This document shows, piece after piece, positions 1 through 10,149 of a stretch of 64,000 nt of DNA; the stretch's first letter is position 1, and each line of letters starts with the position of its first letter. The notes under the pieces are model-generated. The model was not told the DNA's origin. It searched no databases and worked only from the letters and a program-made list of their open reading frames with translations. The translations under genes and the position numbers were made by a program. Source of the DNA: an uncultured virus (IMG/VR IMGVR_UViG_3300024319_000010) (taxonomy: Duplodnaviria; Heunggongvirae; Uroviricota; Caudoviricetes; Crassvirales); the IMG/VR virus record IMGVR_UViG_3300024319_000010; one strand, given 5' to 3'.

Positions 1-3000
1 GCAAGACCAATAATGTGTCCCGCAATACTAGTCATGTCGTCATCCAGGTTTAACTTAGGTGCAATACCAAGTTTAACGTTATCTACAAATAATGTAATCA
101 AAGAAGATATAGAATCAAACTTACTACGTGCTCCTTCTTCAACGTTTAATCCTGTTTTAAGATTTACGTCGTCTTCATATATAGGCTCAAAGCTATTATA
201 GTTTACACCATCAATATCAAAACCAACTTCTGGTTTATATTTCATTTGTGTAAGCATTGATACAAGAGCGTTTAAGTTAGCTGCAATACCAATGTTAGCC
301 TCACCAATTTTATTTGCAAGGTTAAAATCTAAATTACCTACTACAGTAAATATAGATCCCTTAGTAAAATCAAAGTCATATTTATCTATTACGTCTTGTG
401 CAACACCTTCAGTAGCAGGAGTAAACATCATCTCTGCAATTTCAGGCTGACTAAATATATCTAACATGTTATCTAACATGTCATTTTGTAGTACTGCCGG
501 GTTATCGGTAGCACCTATATTTAATCTTTTCATTGCCTCTTTAACAGAAATAGCATTACCTTCTTCATCTTTATAAGATCTTCTCATAGATTTTATAAGA
601 GGTTGTTGTGCCCAGTATGATTCAGTAGCCTCTGCACTATTAGCAGGAGTTACTACCTGGTTACCGGATACAACAGTAGATGCATATCTATGTAAAAACA
701 ATTTATCTAAATCGTAATCAGATCCTGCAAGAGATGGTAGCTCTAAAGGCGTAACCATTGTATCTCCTTTACTATCTGGCAAAAACCCTACAACCTTAAT
801 AGGTAGCATAGAGTGATATGTTTGTGTAGGTATACGAGCTGCAAATGCTGTAAGCAATCTATCTGGTATATCTTCTATATTATCAAACTTAGTTAAGTTA
901 AAGAATTTTTTAGATACAAGTACCTCAGCAAATTCCACAACTCCATTGTTTAATTTGTGTATTTTTAACGGCTCACCTGTTTGCGGATTTAAGTAATGTG
1001 TACCAGAAGCTAGCGTAGCTATACCTCCTGCAACATTAGATCTTAATGCTCCTTTATTATACAACGATATTATAGTTTGTTCTATAACAGGCTGTATGTG
1101 TGGTAAGTTGTAATTATATGTTTTTCCGTCTTCAGTCAATTGTAACAACTCAAGCACTTCAGGACCCCTAGTATTTTCATTCATACTGTATACCATGTCT
1201 TTAAATGCCTGATTGTTTTCAGGTTGTAATAAAGACTGTACAGCTTCTAAAAATATTTTTTTCTGATCCGCATTTGCATTGTTTATGTTGTCAACTAATT
1301 CTCTAGAAGAACTTTCAGTCAGCATAGATCCAAACAAATCATGTACTTGCTTTGCTAGCACTGATTCTGTCTCTCTACCTTTTTTAGATTTTGTTCTATT
1401 GATTACTTGGTCGCGCTCAAACTGCATTTCACCGGTGTGAATTAGTCCTTCGTCGATAGTAGTATCAAAACCTTCAATCATTTTATCTGACTTACGCTTA
1501 GATGCACTCTCTGGAATTAAATACATAATTCTATTTGCATTAAGCATGTCGTATATCTTACCTAGTTCAGGATGTGCTTCCGCCTCTTCCTGTGTAATAA
1601 TATTATCAGACTTCTTAAAATATCTATTACCGTCTTCGTAAACAGTTTTTGTAGAATTTAAATCTAAGGAGTTTATTTCTTGCGGTGTAAGCTCTATAGA
1701 TGGATCATCTAAACGCTGTACTAATTTTTCGTAAGCTCTTTTTTGTGTAGCACTGGTAAAATTACCAGATTGCAGTTCTCTAAATGCATACATCTCTTGT
1801 GTCATTAACACCTGCGCATCATTAGAAGCTGCCTCTACTCCTTGGAATGTAACATTAGAATCAGCATACATAAGGTATTTGTACTTCATACGCCCTTTAA
1901 TATCTCCAGAAGCATGAAAACCAGCTAGACGTTTATTAAAGTCAATGTCATCTACAAAGTTGCTATCACCATGAAAGAGCTGTGTAAAACTTGCACTATT
2001 TATTAAATGGTTAATTGCAAGCTGACCAATCTTGTCTTCAGCAGACATGTCTGTATCTTTAGCACTAGGTGTTAGTTGATCCAGTTTTAATCCTAACATC
2101 TCTGTTCTAGTTGTAAGATCTGCTACCACTTTTCCTAACATAGGTCGTATAACCTCTTCTTTCATCTTAGTCTCAAACGCAGCTGTAGCATTTTTTCTAG
2201 ATTTAAGATAGTCAACTACGCTTGTACCGTCTGCTAACATAGCATTATTAAGTACAGATAAAATACCAAAATAATTTGGAGTTCCTTTTTTACTTTTAAG
2301 TTGTTTATTTGGATCCTGGTTTCTTTTAAACTCACTAAGTAACAATCCATATGCATCTTCTACAGCTGTATCTGTAATACCTGTAACTCCATCATAGTAG
2401 TTTTTAATAGGTAATCTTACAGTATATAACGAGCTTTTAGATTCAATAACATGTGGTATGTAATAACCGTAACCTTTTACATCTTCGTTCATAAACAAAG
2501 AGTACATAAGCATAAGTCTCTGTTTATCACTTAGTTGTTTATTAGTAGCTGTTGATTTTGTAGTAATAGGATTTCCATTACGATCAAAATCTGGATCAGT
2601 AATAGAAACATCACCTGCAAAAGCAACTGTTAGATTACTTAATACCTCATCGTTATTTAAAACGTTGTTTGGATTAGTGTCTAAAGAACCATTCTCAGCT
2701 AGTTTTATTATATTCTCTAAGTAAAGATTTTTAGCTACATATCTATAGTGTGACTTACCTTTTGAGTCTCTATAGTTTGCTTCGTAGGTAGACATGTCAA
2801 AAGCTTGTGCAATATTAGCAAGCTCCATAACTTTTTTAGATCTTACATTTCCACCTTTAGACTTGTCAAATATATCTTGGTCTCCTAGTAAGTCTGTTAA
2901 GTATCCTTCAGAGTCTAACCCGTCAGGTAATAGTTCAGGAAAAGCCTCTCTTAGTTTTGCATCACCTAATAAGTAAGCAGCAAACGCAGGAGTTACATCC

Positions 3001-6000
3001 CAACCTGCTTTAGCAAAAGATTTTACAATTGCATCTACACCAGCTTGTGTAAATCCATCTTGTCCTAATCTTTTTGATATTTTAGCTAATTCTTGGTTAA
3101 GTACCTTTCTGTTTGTTTTACCTTTCCATCTATTAAAGATCTGATTAGCGCCAGAGCTCTCTACAGGATTTACAAAAAAGAAGTTTCTCTTTGGTCCTGT
3201 TATAAAACGTAAATAATCAACAGAAAATTTATTAAAAGCATTTAAGAATTGTGTTTTAATATCTTCATTACCTTTTGCATTTATTGCACCAAGTACTGCA
3301 GCTTCTATAGATTCATATTGCGCAACAGCTTCTAAACGTTTTATCATATCTCCCTCTGTAGATTGATTAGATAAAAGCTTCATAAGATGACCAGATAGTG
3401 TGTGACCATCCATAGTCTTTCTTATAATTGTTTTAACTTTTTTGCCGTGAAGTTCTCCTTCCCATTTAGTTCTACCAAAGAAATCTGTCTCTGGCATTAT
3501 AATGTAAGATAAGAATCGTTTTACTCTAGCAGGTAAAGATTTAACTCCCCCAAGCTCTGTAAAGCTTACGTCAAACCTTCTAAACATTTCCTTATCCTCA
3601 TCCGCAATATTTTCTTCCTCTGCTAGTTGATCTTCTACAGGTTCTTCTGTGAAGCGTAGTTGTTTTATTGCAGCATCAATAATATTCTCTCTTACTGAAT
3701 CATTTGCTAATAAAATATTTTTAGCTTTTGAAGCTTGTCTTGCTTTTTGTTTTATTGCTTCAACTTCAGCGGCTGTCATATTTTCTTCCTCAATAAAAGA
3801 GGCAAGAGTAAGACCTGCAATGTATTTATCTAGTATGTATGCTAGCTCTTGTTCATCATATGGTGTGTCTTTAAGAGCAGCACTCATAATCTCTTGGTTT
3901 GATGTGAATCCTAGACCTGCTTGATACTGTGCAACAATTTGTCTTACAATATCTTTATGCACCTCAGATTTTAATCTTTCAGAAGGCAGCGCAAGCTGTC
4001 CGTTAAATTCGTCTTCTAAAAGCCTTTTAACTTCTTCCGGAGTATATACATCTTTCTTTTCTGTAAGAGTCTTAGCGTCTTCAACAGCTTGGTTTAAGTC
4101 TGCTTTACTCATTATAATAGGACCTTCTCCTTCTACAGGTGCTTCAGATACTTCTGATTCAACTGCTTCTCCTGCATCTAATGCATGTAACCCTTCCAGG
4201 TTAGGAGTAATAGAAAGCGTAGGGTTATAAAAACCTGATGATCCTCCAACAATTGTAGAGTCAAACATATCAGGAGTAGGTGTACCATCTTCAGGTACAA
4301 ACTCTCTAAAGCTTTCTTTGGTAAGCTCTAAGCCATAATTTTTTAATGCGTTGTTTACTTCTCCTATATAAAAAGTTAAGTTTTCACCGGTAAGAGTTGG
4401 TATATTTATAGCTAATGCTTTTTTCTTTGTATTGTGATTTACATAAGAATTAAGCTTAAACTTTCCCTGATACCTTTCTACTCTAATGTTAAAGTCAATG
4501 CCTTTACCAAGAGCTACAAATAATCCTAACTTTTTATTTAATTGTTTAGTATAGTTTGCTCTAGCCCCTCTGTCTTTGTTGTTATACGCTTTTGCTTCTT
4601 TAGAATTAGGATCATTCAGTTTAGCAATCGTTTCGTTTATTTCGTTTATACGCTGTTGAACAGGTTCGAATGCTACCGTTGATGGCATGATTCGAACCCA
4701 TTTAACTACATTGCCTCTTTTAACTAAAGCAAAATATCTACCGTCAAAGTCCGGTAAAGTTGCTGTATGATCCGCTGCAATGTCCTCCCCTATAATAGTC
4801 TCACCCCGCTTACGATCGTAGATTCTATACTCTCCGTCATAAGTGTGGTCATCGTTTTCAGTGATTTTATATCTTTTTTGTACGCCTTCTTTAATGCTAT
4901 TTAACCCGGCATCAGTATTAAAACTGTATAACTCAGGGTTTAAAACAACAGGTTCACTGTCTGTAGCATTAGGATAAGCTTTTTCTAAAGCCTCAATCAT
5001 AGACTTCAGCTGTAGATAGCCCTGCTTAAACTCTTCAAACTGGTCATCAGTAAACATAGAACTCTTCTGCATGTTATTGTAAAAGAATTCTTCAGTCATT
5101 TGATCTCCGTCAATTAACTTTCCTTGTTTATCATAAAATCTATTAGGTGTACGAACAACTGATAAAACATCACCAGTACGTGCATCCTTAATACGTAAGA
5201 AAGAACCATTCATGTTTATATCCATGTTTGTTTCCTTAATAGATGTCTTAGGATTTAACTCTCTTTTTATATTAATAAACTCTATTTGTAGATTATTAAT
5301 TAAATCAGGATCCTTTAGTATAAGTTTAGCTAGTTGTTCTCTTTGTATATTATTTAAACCCGCTGCTTGTAACCAATAAGTAGTTTGGAAATTATCTCTA
5401 TGTCTTGTACCATCATCCGGAAATAGCTTAGAAGCTACTTGATCTGCAGGCATTTGTCTATTAGGTTTACCCGCCACCTGGCTTTTAACTTCATAGTATA
5501 GCTTGCCGTTTTTCATAAACTGTTGTACAACCTCATAGGTTTTACCAGTTTTACTTTTAACGTGTGATGGCAACTGCTCATTAACCTGACCATAGTTTTG
5601 ATCAAAAGTTTCTTGTTCTGCTATAGATTGTGCATCTGCGAGCTGTTGTTGTTTTCTTTCCTCTGCTAAAATACTTTCAGCCTGTACGTCTTTTACAGTT
5701 TGTACAGGATTAGTTACAACCTCTTTAGCTTTTTTTGCAGCTTCTTTTACTCTTTCTTTTGTTGTCTGCTTTTCTGATGGCGGTGTCTCGTTCTCTGTTT
5801 CTTTGACTTCGTTCTTTTTAAGATTTTCCTTAACGGATTCTTCAAACGTAGCTCTTTTAGCAGGATCATATACAAGATCTTTTAAGTTTCTGTTTATTTT
5901 TTTAAGTTTTGCTTCTTGCTTTTCTATTTCTTTTTGTACTTGTTCATCAAGCTTTTTTTCATACTGCTCATCATTAACCTTAGTAGAGTCTGTTTCTTTT

Positions 6001-8249
6001 ATACCAAGAGCTTTACGCAGCTCTCTCATAGCAGTCATACTGTTACCTGCTTCTGCTTGCTTTTGCTGTAAATATTTTATGTGTTGTTCAGAAATACTTT
6101 TGTCTCTAAGTAACCCTCGAGCACCTCTTAGTACAGTACCTGATAAGTTTTCTAAGTCAAACTCTTTTACTTGTTCAGGATCCGCTAAAGATTTTAATAC
6201 ATCATTAATAAACTTGTTGTTATTATTGTTGTACGTCTCTTTCATGTCTAACTCTAAAAGCTTTTTTTCTTTCTGAGCCTCTGTTAGATTTTCATTACTA
6301 ATTATTCTAGCACGAGTTCTTGCAGTTTTATCTGCAGTGTCTCTATTGCTTTGTTCGTACATCAATAATCCTCCTGCTAACGCCTGTCCTTTAGGACCTA
6401 AGTAACTGTATTGTACAGCATTTTCCTGCCATAACCCATTTAAATCAGATACTCTTTTTCTAAGTTTGTTTGCCTGATACTTACTAAGAGCTCCTTGCGC
6501 TTCTAGTGCAGTTACCTGATTTATAACATCTTTAGATTTTCCGTTAGATATGTACTGCATCATTGTACGATCTGCAGTGTGGTTTGTAACAAAACGAGAT
6601 CCCCCTCCTAGTATAGCACCTAAAGCTGCTTCTTCTAAGTGGTTGCCCATGTCATATTTTTCCCATTGAAATTTACCTTTACCGTATTCTTTACCTTCTC
6701 CTCTTAGCATGTTATACGTTTGCTTTGCGCCGTATACAACATGTCCTTGTATAAACTCTTCTGTTCCTTCTTCAAGAGCAGAACCTGCACTTCTTAAAAG
6801 TCTACCACCAATTCCTTTAGCTGTGTTTCCAGTTGCTTCTAAAGCGTTAAACACTTTACTTAGTATAGGACCTGTAGCTTTATCTAAAAACTTCATGTCA
6901 TTTACTTTCATCCCAGACTTCTTGGCGTAGTCTAATATTGTTTTAGAAATGATTCTACCACCTCCAGTACCCATAGCTTTATTAGCTAATGCGTTTGTTC
7001 CTACTCCATATTCTATAAGAGAGTTAACAAAACCTGTAGCTAGTGCTAGTGCTGCTGCCTCTTCTTCGTCTATACCGTCACGTTTTGCTTGCTTGTATAC
7101 TTCACCAGAGTTGATTACCATACCACCTCCCATGTGACCAATCATACTTGCCATTTTAGCAGAGTAAGCAGTACCAAATAACTTAGCTGCTTTCAATGAT
7201 ACAGCTCCTACACCCTTAGCTATAGCTCCTCCAAGTCCCCAAAACTGTACAAGGCTTGAAAGACCACTACCTATACCATTAGCCAATGCTTCACCATTAG
7301 CAAACATGCTATCTGTATCTGCAGCAGCTGATTTTTGTAGTTTATTAAACTCTTGTGCAAATCTAAAGTCTGATGCAACAGAGTCTGTTTCTCCCTCTTG
7401 TGCTTCTCCTACAGTAGCCCACTCATATAAATCACCAGTCATTTCCTGGAAGTCTAGTACGCTTGAAGCTAAACTTGACATACCATCACTAAACGCATCT
7501 AATCCAGTAGCTATCGCACCTTTACGTGAATTTCTAGCTCCATAAGGATTTAAGAGTGCTCCTTGAAGATCATAAAAGTTTTTTTCATCAAGCTCAGTTT
7601 CCTGCAATACCCATTCTTCTGTCTCTTCGTCAAAGACTGGATAAAAACCATTTTGTTTGTAGGTCCCATCTTGTAGGTATCTTTGTGCCCCATGAAAAAA
7701 TAAAACTTGATTATCCTTTTCTCTTGTTCTTTGTATTCCTTCTTCAGAGGATATATCTCCCCAAGCAAAGGCATCCCAGTCTAGTTTGTCTCCTGGTTTT
7801 GTTTTAGTCTTGTCTGCATAGAAAGCATCTGTTAAACCTCTAGTACGTCTTAGCAACTTACCATCAGTATCAACTCCTGTAAGTTTATCATACCAAGAAG
7901 CATTATCAAACTCTCCATTATCATAATCACCGTCTCTAAAGTCTTCAAACTCTCCATTTATGTTTTTTACTTTACCTACACGAGCTAAATCAATACCTAT
8001 TTTTTGCAACTCTGTGTTTACATCATCGCCTCCAATCTTATTGTTATAGGAAGTAGAATCTACATCACCTATATTCCAAGACTCTGGAGAATACTCTAAA
8101 GGAATATCTCCTTCTATAGTATTACTTAGATCAGAGTTATTGAATTCTGCTGCTGATAGAGGAGCACTTAAGTCTACTGTAGAAAGATCTACAGGCTGTG
8201 ACTGAGAATCTATTTGTCCTCCACCCTGATACTTCTTAATGTCTTTCAT
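1..8249 (-). CDS. Giant virion-packaged two-barrel RNA polymerase (crAss-type), 3'-truncated by the window edge, at least 2749 aa
   Basis: ATG at 8249 (MKDIKKYQGGG...). The same frame is open at the window start, and the ORF track reports no closed ORF from this ATG. It contains DFNKRLAG (~1920-1945), DAQ (~1815), RIPTQ (822-836) and the catalytic GSDYDLDKLF (DxDxD at 705-719), as in crAss-like/phi14:2 gp66-type RNAPs. Confidence 0.93.
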   Translation of the reverse strand, partial: MKDIKKYQGGGQIDSQSQPVDLSTVDLSAPLSAAEFNNSDLSNTIEGDIPLEYSPESWNIGDVDSTSYNNKIGGDDVNTELQKIGIDLARVGKVKNINGEFEDFRDGDYDNGEFDNASWYDKLTGVDTDGKLLRRTRGLTDAFYADKTKTKPGDKLDWDAFAWGDISSEEGIQRTREKDNQVLFFHGAQRYLQDGTYKQNGFYPVFDEETEEWVLQETELDEKNFYDLQGALLNPYGARNSRKGAIATGLDAFSDGMSSLASSVLDFQEMTGDLYEWATVGEAQEGETDSVASDFRFAQEFNKLQKSAAADTDSMFANGEALANGIGSGLSSLVQFWGLGGAIAKGVGAVSLKAAKLFGTAYSAKMASMIGHMGGGMVINSGEVYKQAKRDGIDEEEAAALALATGFVNSLIEYGVGTNALANKAMGTGGGRIISKTILDYAKKSGMKVNDMKFLDKATGPILSKVFNALEATGNTAKGIGGRLLRSAGSALEEGTEEFIQGHVVYGAKQTYNMLRGEGKEYGKGKFQWEKYDMGNHLEEAALGAILGGGSRFVTNHTADRTMMQYISNGKSKDVINQVTALEAQGALSKYQANKLRKRVSDLNGLWQENAVQYSYLGPKGQALAGGLLMYEQSNRDTADKTARTRARIISNENLTEAQKEKKLLELDMKETYNNNNNKFINDVLKSLADPEQVKEFDLENLSGTVLRGARGLLRDKSISEQHIKYLQQKQAEAGNSMTAMRELRKALGIKETDSTKVNDEQYEKKLDEQVQKEIEKQEAKLKKINRNLKDLVYDPAKRATFEESVKENLKKNEVKETENETPPSEKQTTKERVKEAAKKAKEVVTNPVQTVKDVQAESILAEERKQQQLADAQSIAEQETFDQNYGQVNEQLPSHVKSKTGKTYEVVQQFMKNGKLYYEVKSQVAGKPNRQMPADQVASKLFPDDGTRHRDNFQTTYWLQAAGLNNIQREQLAKLILKDPDLINNLQIEFINIKRELNPKTSIKETNMDINMNGSFLRIKDARTGDVLSVVRTPNRFYDKQGKLIDGDQMTEEFFYNNMQKSSMFTDDQFEEFKQGYLQLKSMIEALEKAYPNATDSEPVVLNPELYSFNTDAGLNSIKEGVQKRYKITENDDHTYDGEYRIYDRKRGETIIGEDIAADHTATLPDFDGRYFALVKRGNVVKWVRIMPSTVAFEPVQQRINEINETIAKLNDPNSKEAKAYNNKDRGARANYTKQLNKKLGLFVALGKGIDFNIRVERYQGKFKLNSYVNHNTKKKALAINIPTLTGENLTFYIGEVNNALKNYGLELTKESFREFVPEDGTPTPDMFDSTIVGGSSGFYNPTLSITPNLEGLHALDAGEAVESEVSEAPVEGEGPIIMSKADLNQAVEDAKTLTEKKDVYTPEEVKRLLEDEFNGQLALPSERLKSEVHKDIVRQIVAQYQAGLGFTSNQEIMSAALKDTPYDEQELAYILDKYIAGLTLASFIEEENMTAAEVEAIKQKARQASKAKNILLANDSVRENIIDAAIKQLRFTEEPVEDQLAEEENIADEDKEMFRRFDVSFTELGGVKSLPARVKRFLSYIIMPETDFFGRTKWEGELHGKKVKTIIRKTMDGHTLSGHLMKLLSNQSTEGDMIKRLEAVAQYESIEAAVLGAINAKGNEDIKTQFLNAFNKFSVDYLRFITGPKRNFFFVNPVESSGANQIFNRWKGKTNRKVLNQELAKISKRLGQDGFTQAGVDAIVKSFAKAGWDVTPAFAAYLLGDAKLREAFPELLPDGLDSEGYLTDLLGDQDIFDKSKGGNVRSKKVMELANIAQAFDMSTYEANYRDSKGKSHYRYVAKNLYLENIIKLAENGSLDTNPNNVLNNDEVLSNLTVAFAGDVSITDPDFDRNGNPITTKSTATNKQLSDKQRLMLMYSLFMNEDVKGYGYYIPHVIESKSSLYTVRLPIKNYYDGVTGITDTAVEDAYGLLLSEFKRNQDPNKQLKSKKGTPNYFGILSVLNNAMLADGTSVVDYLKSRKNATAAFETKMKEEVIRPMLGKVVADLTTRTEMLGLKLDQLTPSAKDTDMSAEDKIGQLAINHLINSASFTQLFHGDSNFVDDIDFNKRLAGFHASGDIKGRMKYKYLMYADSNVTFQGVEAASNDAQVLMTQEMYAFRELQSGNFTSATQKRAYEKLVQRLDDPSIELTPQEINSLDLNSTKTVYEDGNRYFKKSDNIITQEEAEAHPELGKIYDMLNANRIMYLIPESASKRKSDKMIEGFDTTIDEGLIHTGEMQFERDQVINRTKSKKGRETESVLAKQVHDLFGSMLTESSSRELVDNINNANADQKKIFLEAVQSLLQPENNQAFKDMVYSMNENTRGPEVLELLQLTEDGKTYNYNLPHIQPVIEQTIISLYNKGALRSNVAGGIATLASGTHYLNPQTGEPLKIHKLNNGVVEFAEVLVSKKFFNLTKFDNIEDIPDRLLTAFAARIPTQTYHSMLPIKVVGFLPDSKGDTMVTPLELPSLAGSDYDLDKLFLHRYASTVVSGNQVVTPANSAEATESYWAQQPLIKSMRRSYKDEEGNAISVKEAMKRLNIGATDNPAVLQNDMLDNMLDIFSQPEIAEMMFTPATEGVAQDVIDKYDFDFTKGSIFTVVGNLDFNLANKIGEANIGIAANLNALVSMLTQMKYKPEVGFDIDGVNYNSFEPIYEDDVNLKTGLNVEEGARSKFDSISSLITLFVDNVKLGIAPKLNLDDDMTSIAGHIIGL

Positions 8250-8252
8250 CTT

Positions 8253-10142
8253 TTAATCAAAGGTGTTATTTGGTTTGGTGCTTTCGTTTTTCTGTTGCCA
8301 TTCAAAAGATGTTTGCTTGAAGACTTGAGGCATTAATGTTTTGTCAACTTGTTCTAACTGTGCTAAATCTATTGGTGTCAATTTTTTTCCGTCCCGAATC
8401 TTATTATTGATGTTTTTGTAAATGCGTCTTGCATAATTAACATTTGCATTTGTATTAAGAGGATCTATCATATCAAGCTTTTCAATAGAGTTTTGAATTC
8501 TATTTCCACTATTGCTAACCAGTCCTGAAGAATCTAAGCTTATACTGCTGTATCCTATATCATTAGCAAACCCAGCTAAAGAAGCAATTTCTGGTGAGGC
8601 TTGTGCATAGACTTGCTCTCCTGTTAAATTACCTTCATTATCTGCAATATTATAAACTTGTTGTGCTCTGTTTTCTACAAACACGGGTTCTCCATCCATA
8701 AGAATATAGCTCATATCTCTATAAATGTCTTTTGGGTTACCCTTAGAATCTGTACTACTTCCTACTTTAACTCTTAAAGTTTTAGGATCAAATCCTTCTA
8801 CATCATTCCATCTACCTCCTGCAAATACAGATGATCCTCCTATGTTACCTTCATAAGGCATCTCATCTTTATAGTCCTTTTGTGCAGAATAGTTATATTT
8901 ATAACTTTTCCCAGCATCTTCAAACGCTTGATTAATTAGCTCTGCATTATAACCAGGATTAGGTCCTACTACAAAAGGAGTTGTTACAACTTCTCCTGTT
9001 GCTTGCGTGTTTATAGCATTACCGTATGTTTTAGATTTCATAGCCGCTCCAGTAGTTCTATCATTACCTGCATAGACAATAGGCTGATTAAATCTACGCA
9101 TTGTAGGTTCAGCCTCTGCATATGTTGGATTTACTTTAGAATTTGTAATGCTAAAAGAAAACTTATCATCCCCTCCTTTTAACCAGCTTTCATCTTCAAT
9201 TTGGTTTCTCCTACCAATAGCTCCTTGTCTCCATTGTGTAGTATTACCTTGATTACTTGTTGCTTTTTGTCTTGCGGCTAACTGAGCATTAAATAAAGCA
9301 CGATTAGGATTTCTATCTTTTTGATTATATACAAATCTTTCTCCTACAGCAGCAAACTCTTGTTTACGTTGTGCATCATAGGCAGCCTCATCAAAAGGAA
9401 CTCCAGTATATTGTGCTTGCGCTCTTTTGTTTTGTAGATCTTGTTGATATGCATCTGTTTGTTTTAGACCTTGGAAACCTTCTTCTACTACCTGTTGCAC
9501 TCTTTGATTACTTACACCTGTATTAGTTGTAATATTCATAAAGTCATCAATGTATGTAGACTTGTTTGCTTTTAGATCTTCAAAGAATGTTTGCATAGTA
9601 GGGTCCATATCAACTCCTTTACCTATGTAATAGTCATACTCATTAAGAGATGTTTTACCGTCCGGTCCTATACCTTCTGTAGTAAAGCCTTCTGGTTTAA
9701 AGTACTGAGGGTTTAAACCTCTACGCATATCTTCTTTATATGCAGCTTCTCCTTCTTCAAACTTCTTTTTATTTTGCATAGCTTTATATAACCATTCGTT
9801 GTTACCAACATCTCTAGCTAAACCTCTTACAAAATTATCTCCCGTTTCATATGCTCCGTCTGTGTCTTGTGTAAACTGATCTACTTTATCTCGTAATCCT
9901 TGTATGTATTGTTGTTTTTTAACATCGTCTCCTGCCATAACTTCGGCAGAAGCTAGCGCAGATTCATACTTATCTTGCAGATCTCTGTTTCTGATGTACT
10001 CAGAATTAAGGTCTGTCATTGCTGTTTGCATAGCATCGATAGGTATATCCGCGTAGACTTTACCTAGTTGTGCTAGGTTCTGATCTCCAAATGGATTACG
10101 TCTTTCTCTTCGACCTCTATAGTATTCTCTTTGATATCCCAT
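8253..10142 (-). CDS. Putative virion cargo/ejection protein (629 aa)
   Basis: Helical, Q/N/D-rich ORF directly upstream of the virion RNAP, the usual position of crAss-like cargo genes. Confidence 0.6.
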   Translation of the reverse strand: MGYQREYYRGRRERRNPFGDQNLAQLGKVYADIPIDAMQTAMTDLNSEYIRNRDLQDKYESALASAEVMAGDDVKKQQYIQGLRDKVDQFTQDTDGAYETGDNFVRGLARDVGNNEWLYKAMQNKKKFEEGEAAYKEDMRRGLNPQYFKPEGFTTEGIGPDGKTSLNEYDYYIGKGVDMDPTMQTFFEDLKANKSTYIDDFMNITTNTGVSNQRVQQVVEEGFQGLKQTDAYQQDLQNKRAQAQYTGVPFDEAAYDAQRKQEFAAVGERFVYNQKDRNPNRALFNAQLAARQKATSNQGNTTQWRQGAIGRRNQIEDESWLKGGDDKFSFSITNSKVNPTYAEAEPTMRRFNQPIVYAGNDRTTGAAMKSKTYGNAINTQATGEVVTTPFVVGPNPGYNAELINQAFEDAGKSYKYNYSAQKDYKDEMPYEGNIGGSSVFAGGRWNDVEGFDPKTLRVKVGSSTDSKGNPKDIYRDMSYILMDGEPVFVENRAQQVYNIADNEGNLTGEQVYAQASPEIASLAGFANDIGYSSISLDSSGLVSNSGNRIQNSIEKLDMIDPLNTNANVNYARRIYKNINNKIRDGKKLTPIDLAQLEQVDKTLMPQVFKQTSFEWQQKNESTKPNNTFD

Positions 10143-10149
10143 AGTATTA

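Noticed and set aside
13..7807. Short ORF-track entries over 1-7800 and other plus-strand ORFs up to 57574
   Set aside because: They are antisense or alternate-frame shadows of long minus-strand genes, with F/S/L-rich composition and no motifs.
8247..8255. The 629-aa cargo gene and the RNAP are in frame, separated only by TAA AAG
   Set aside because: TAA is rarely read through, the RNAP has its own ATG and N-terminal motif, and a shared frame arises one time in three by chance.
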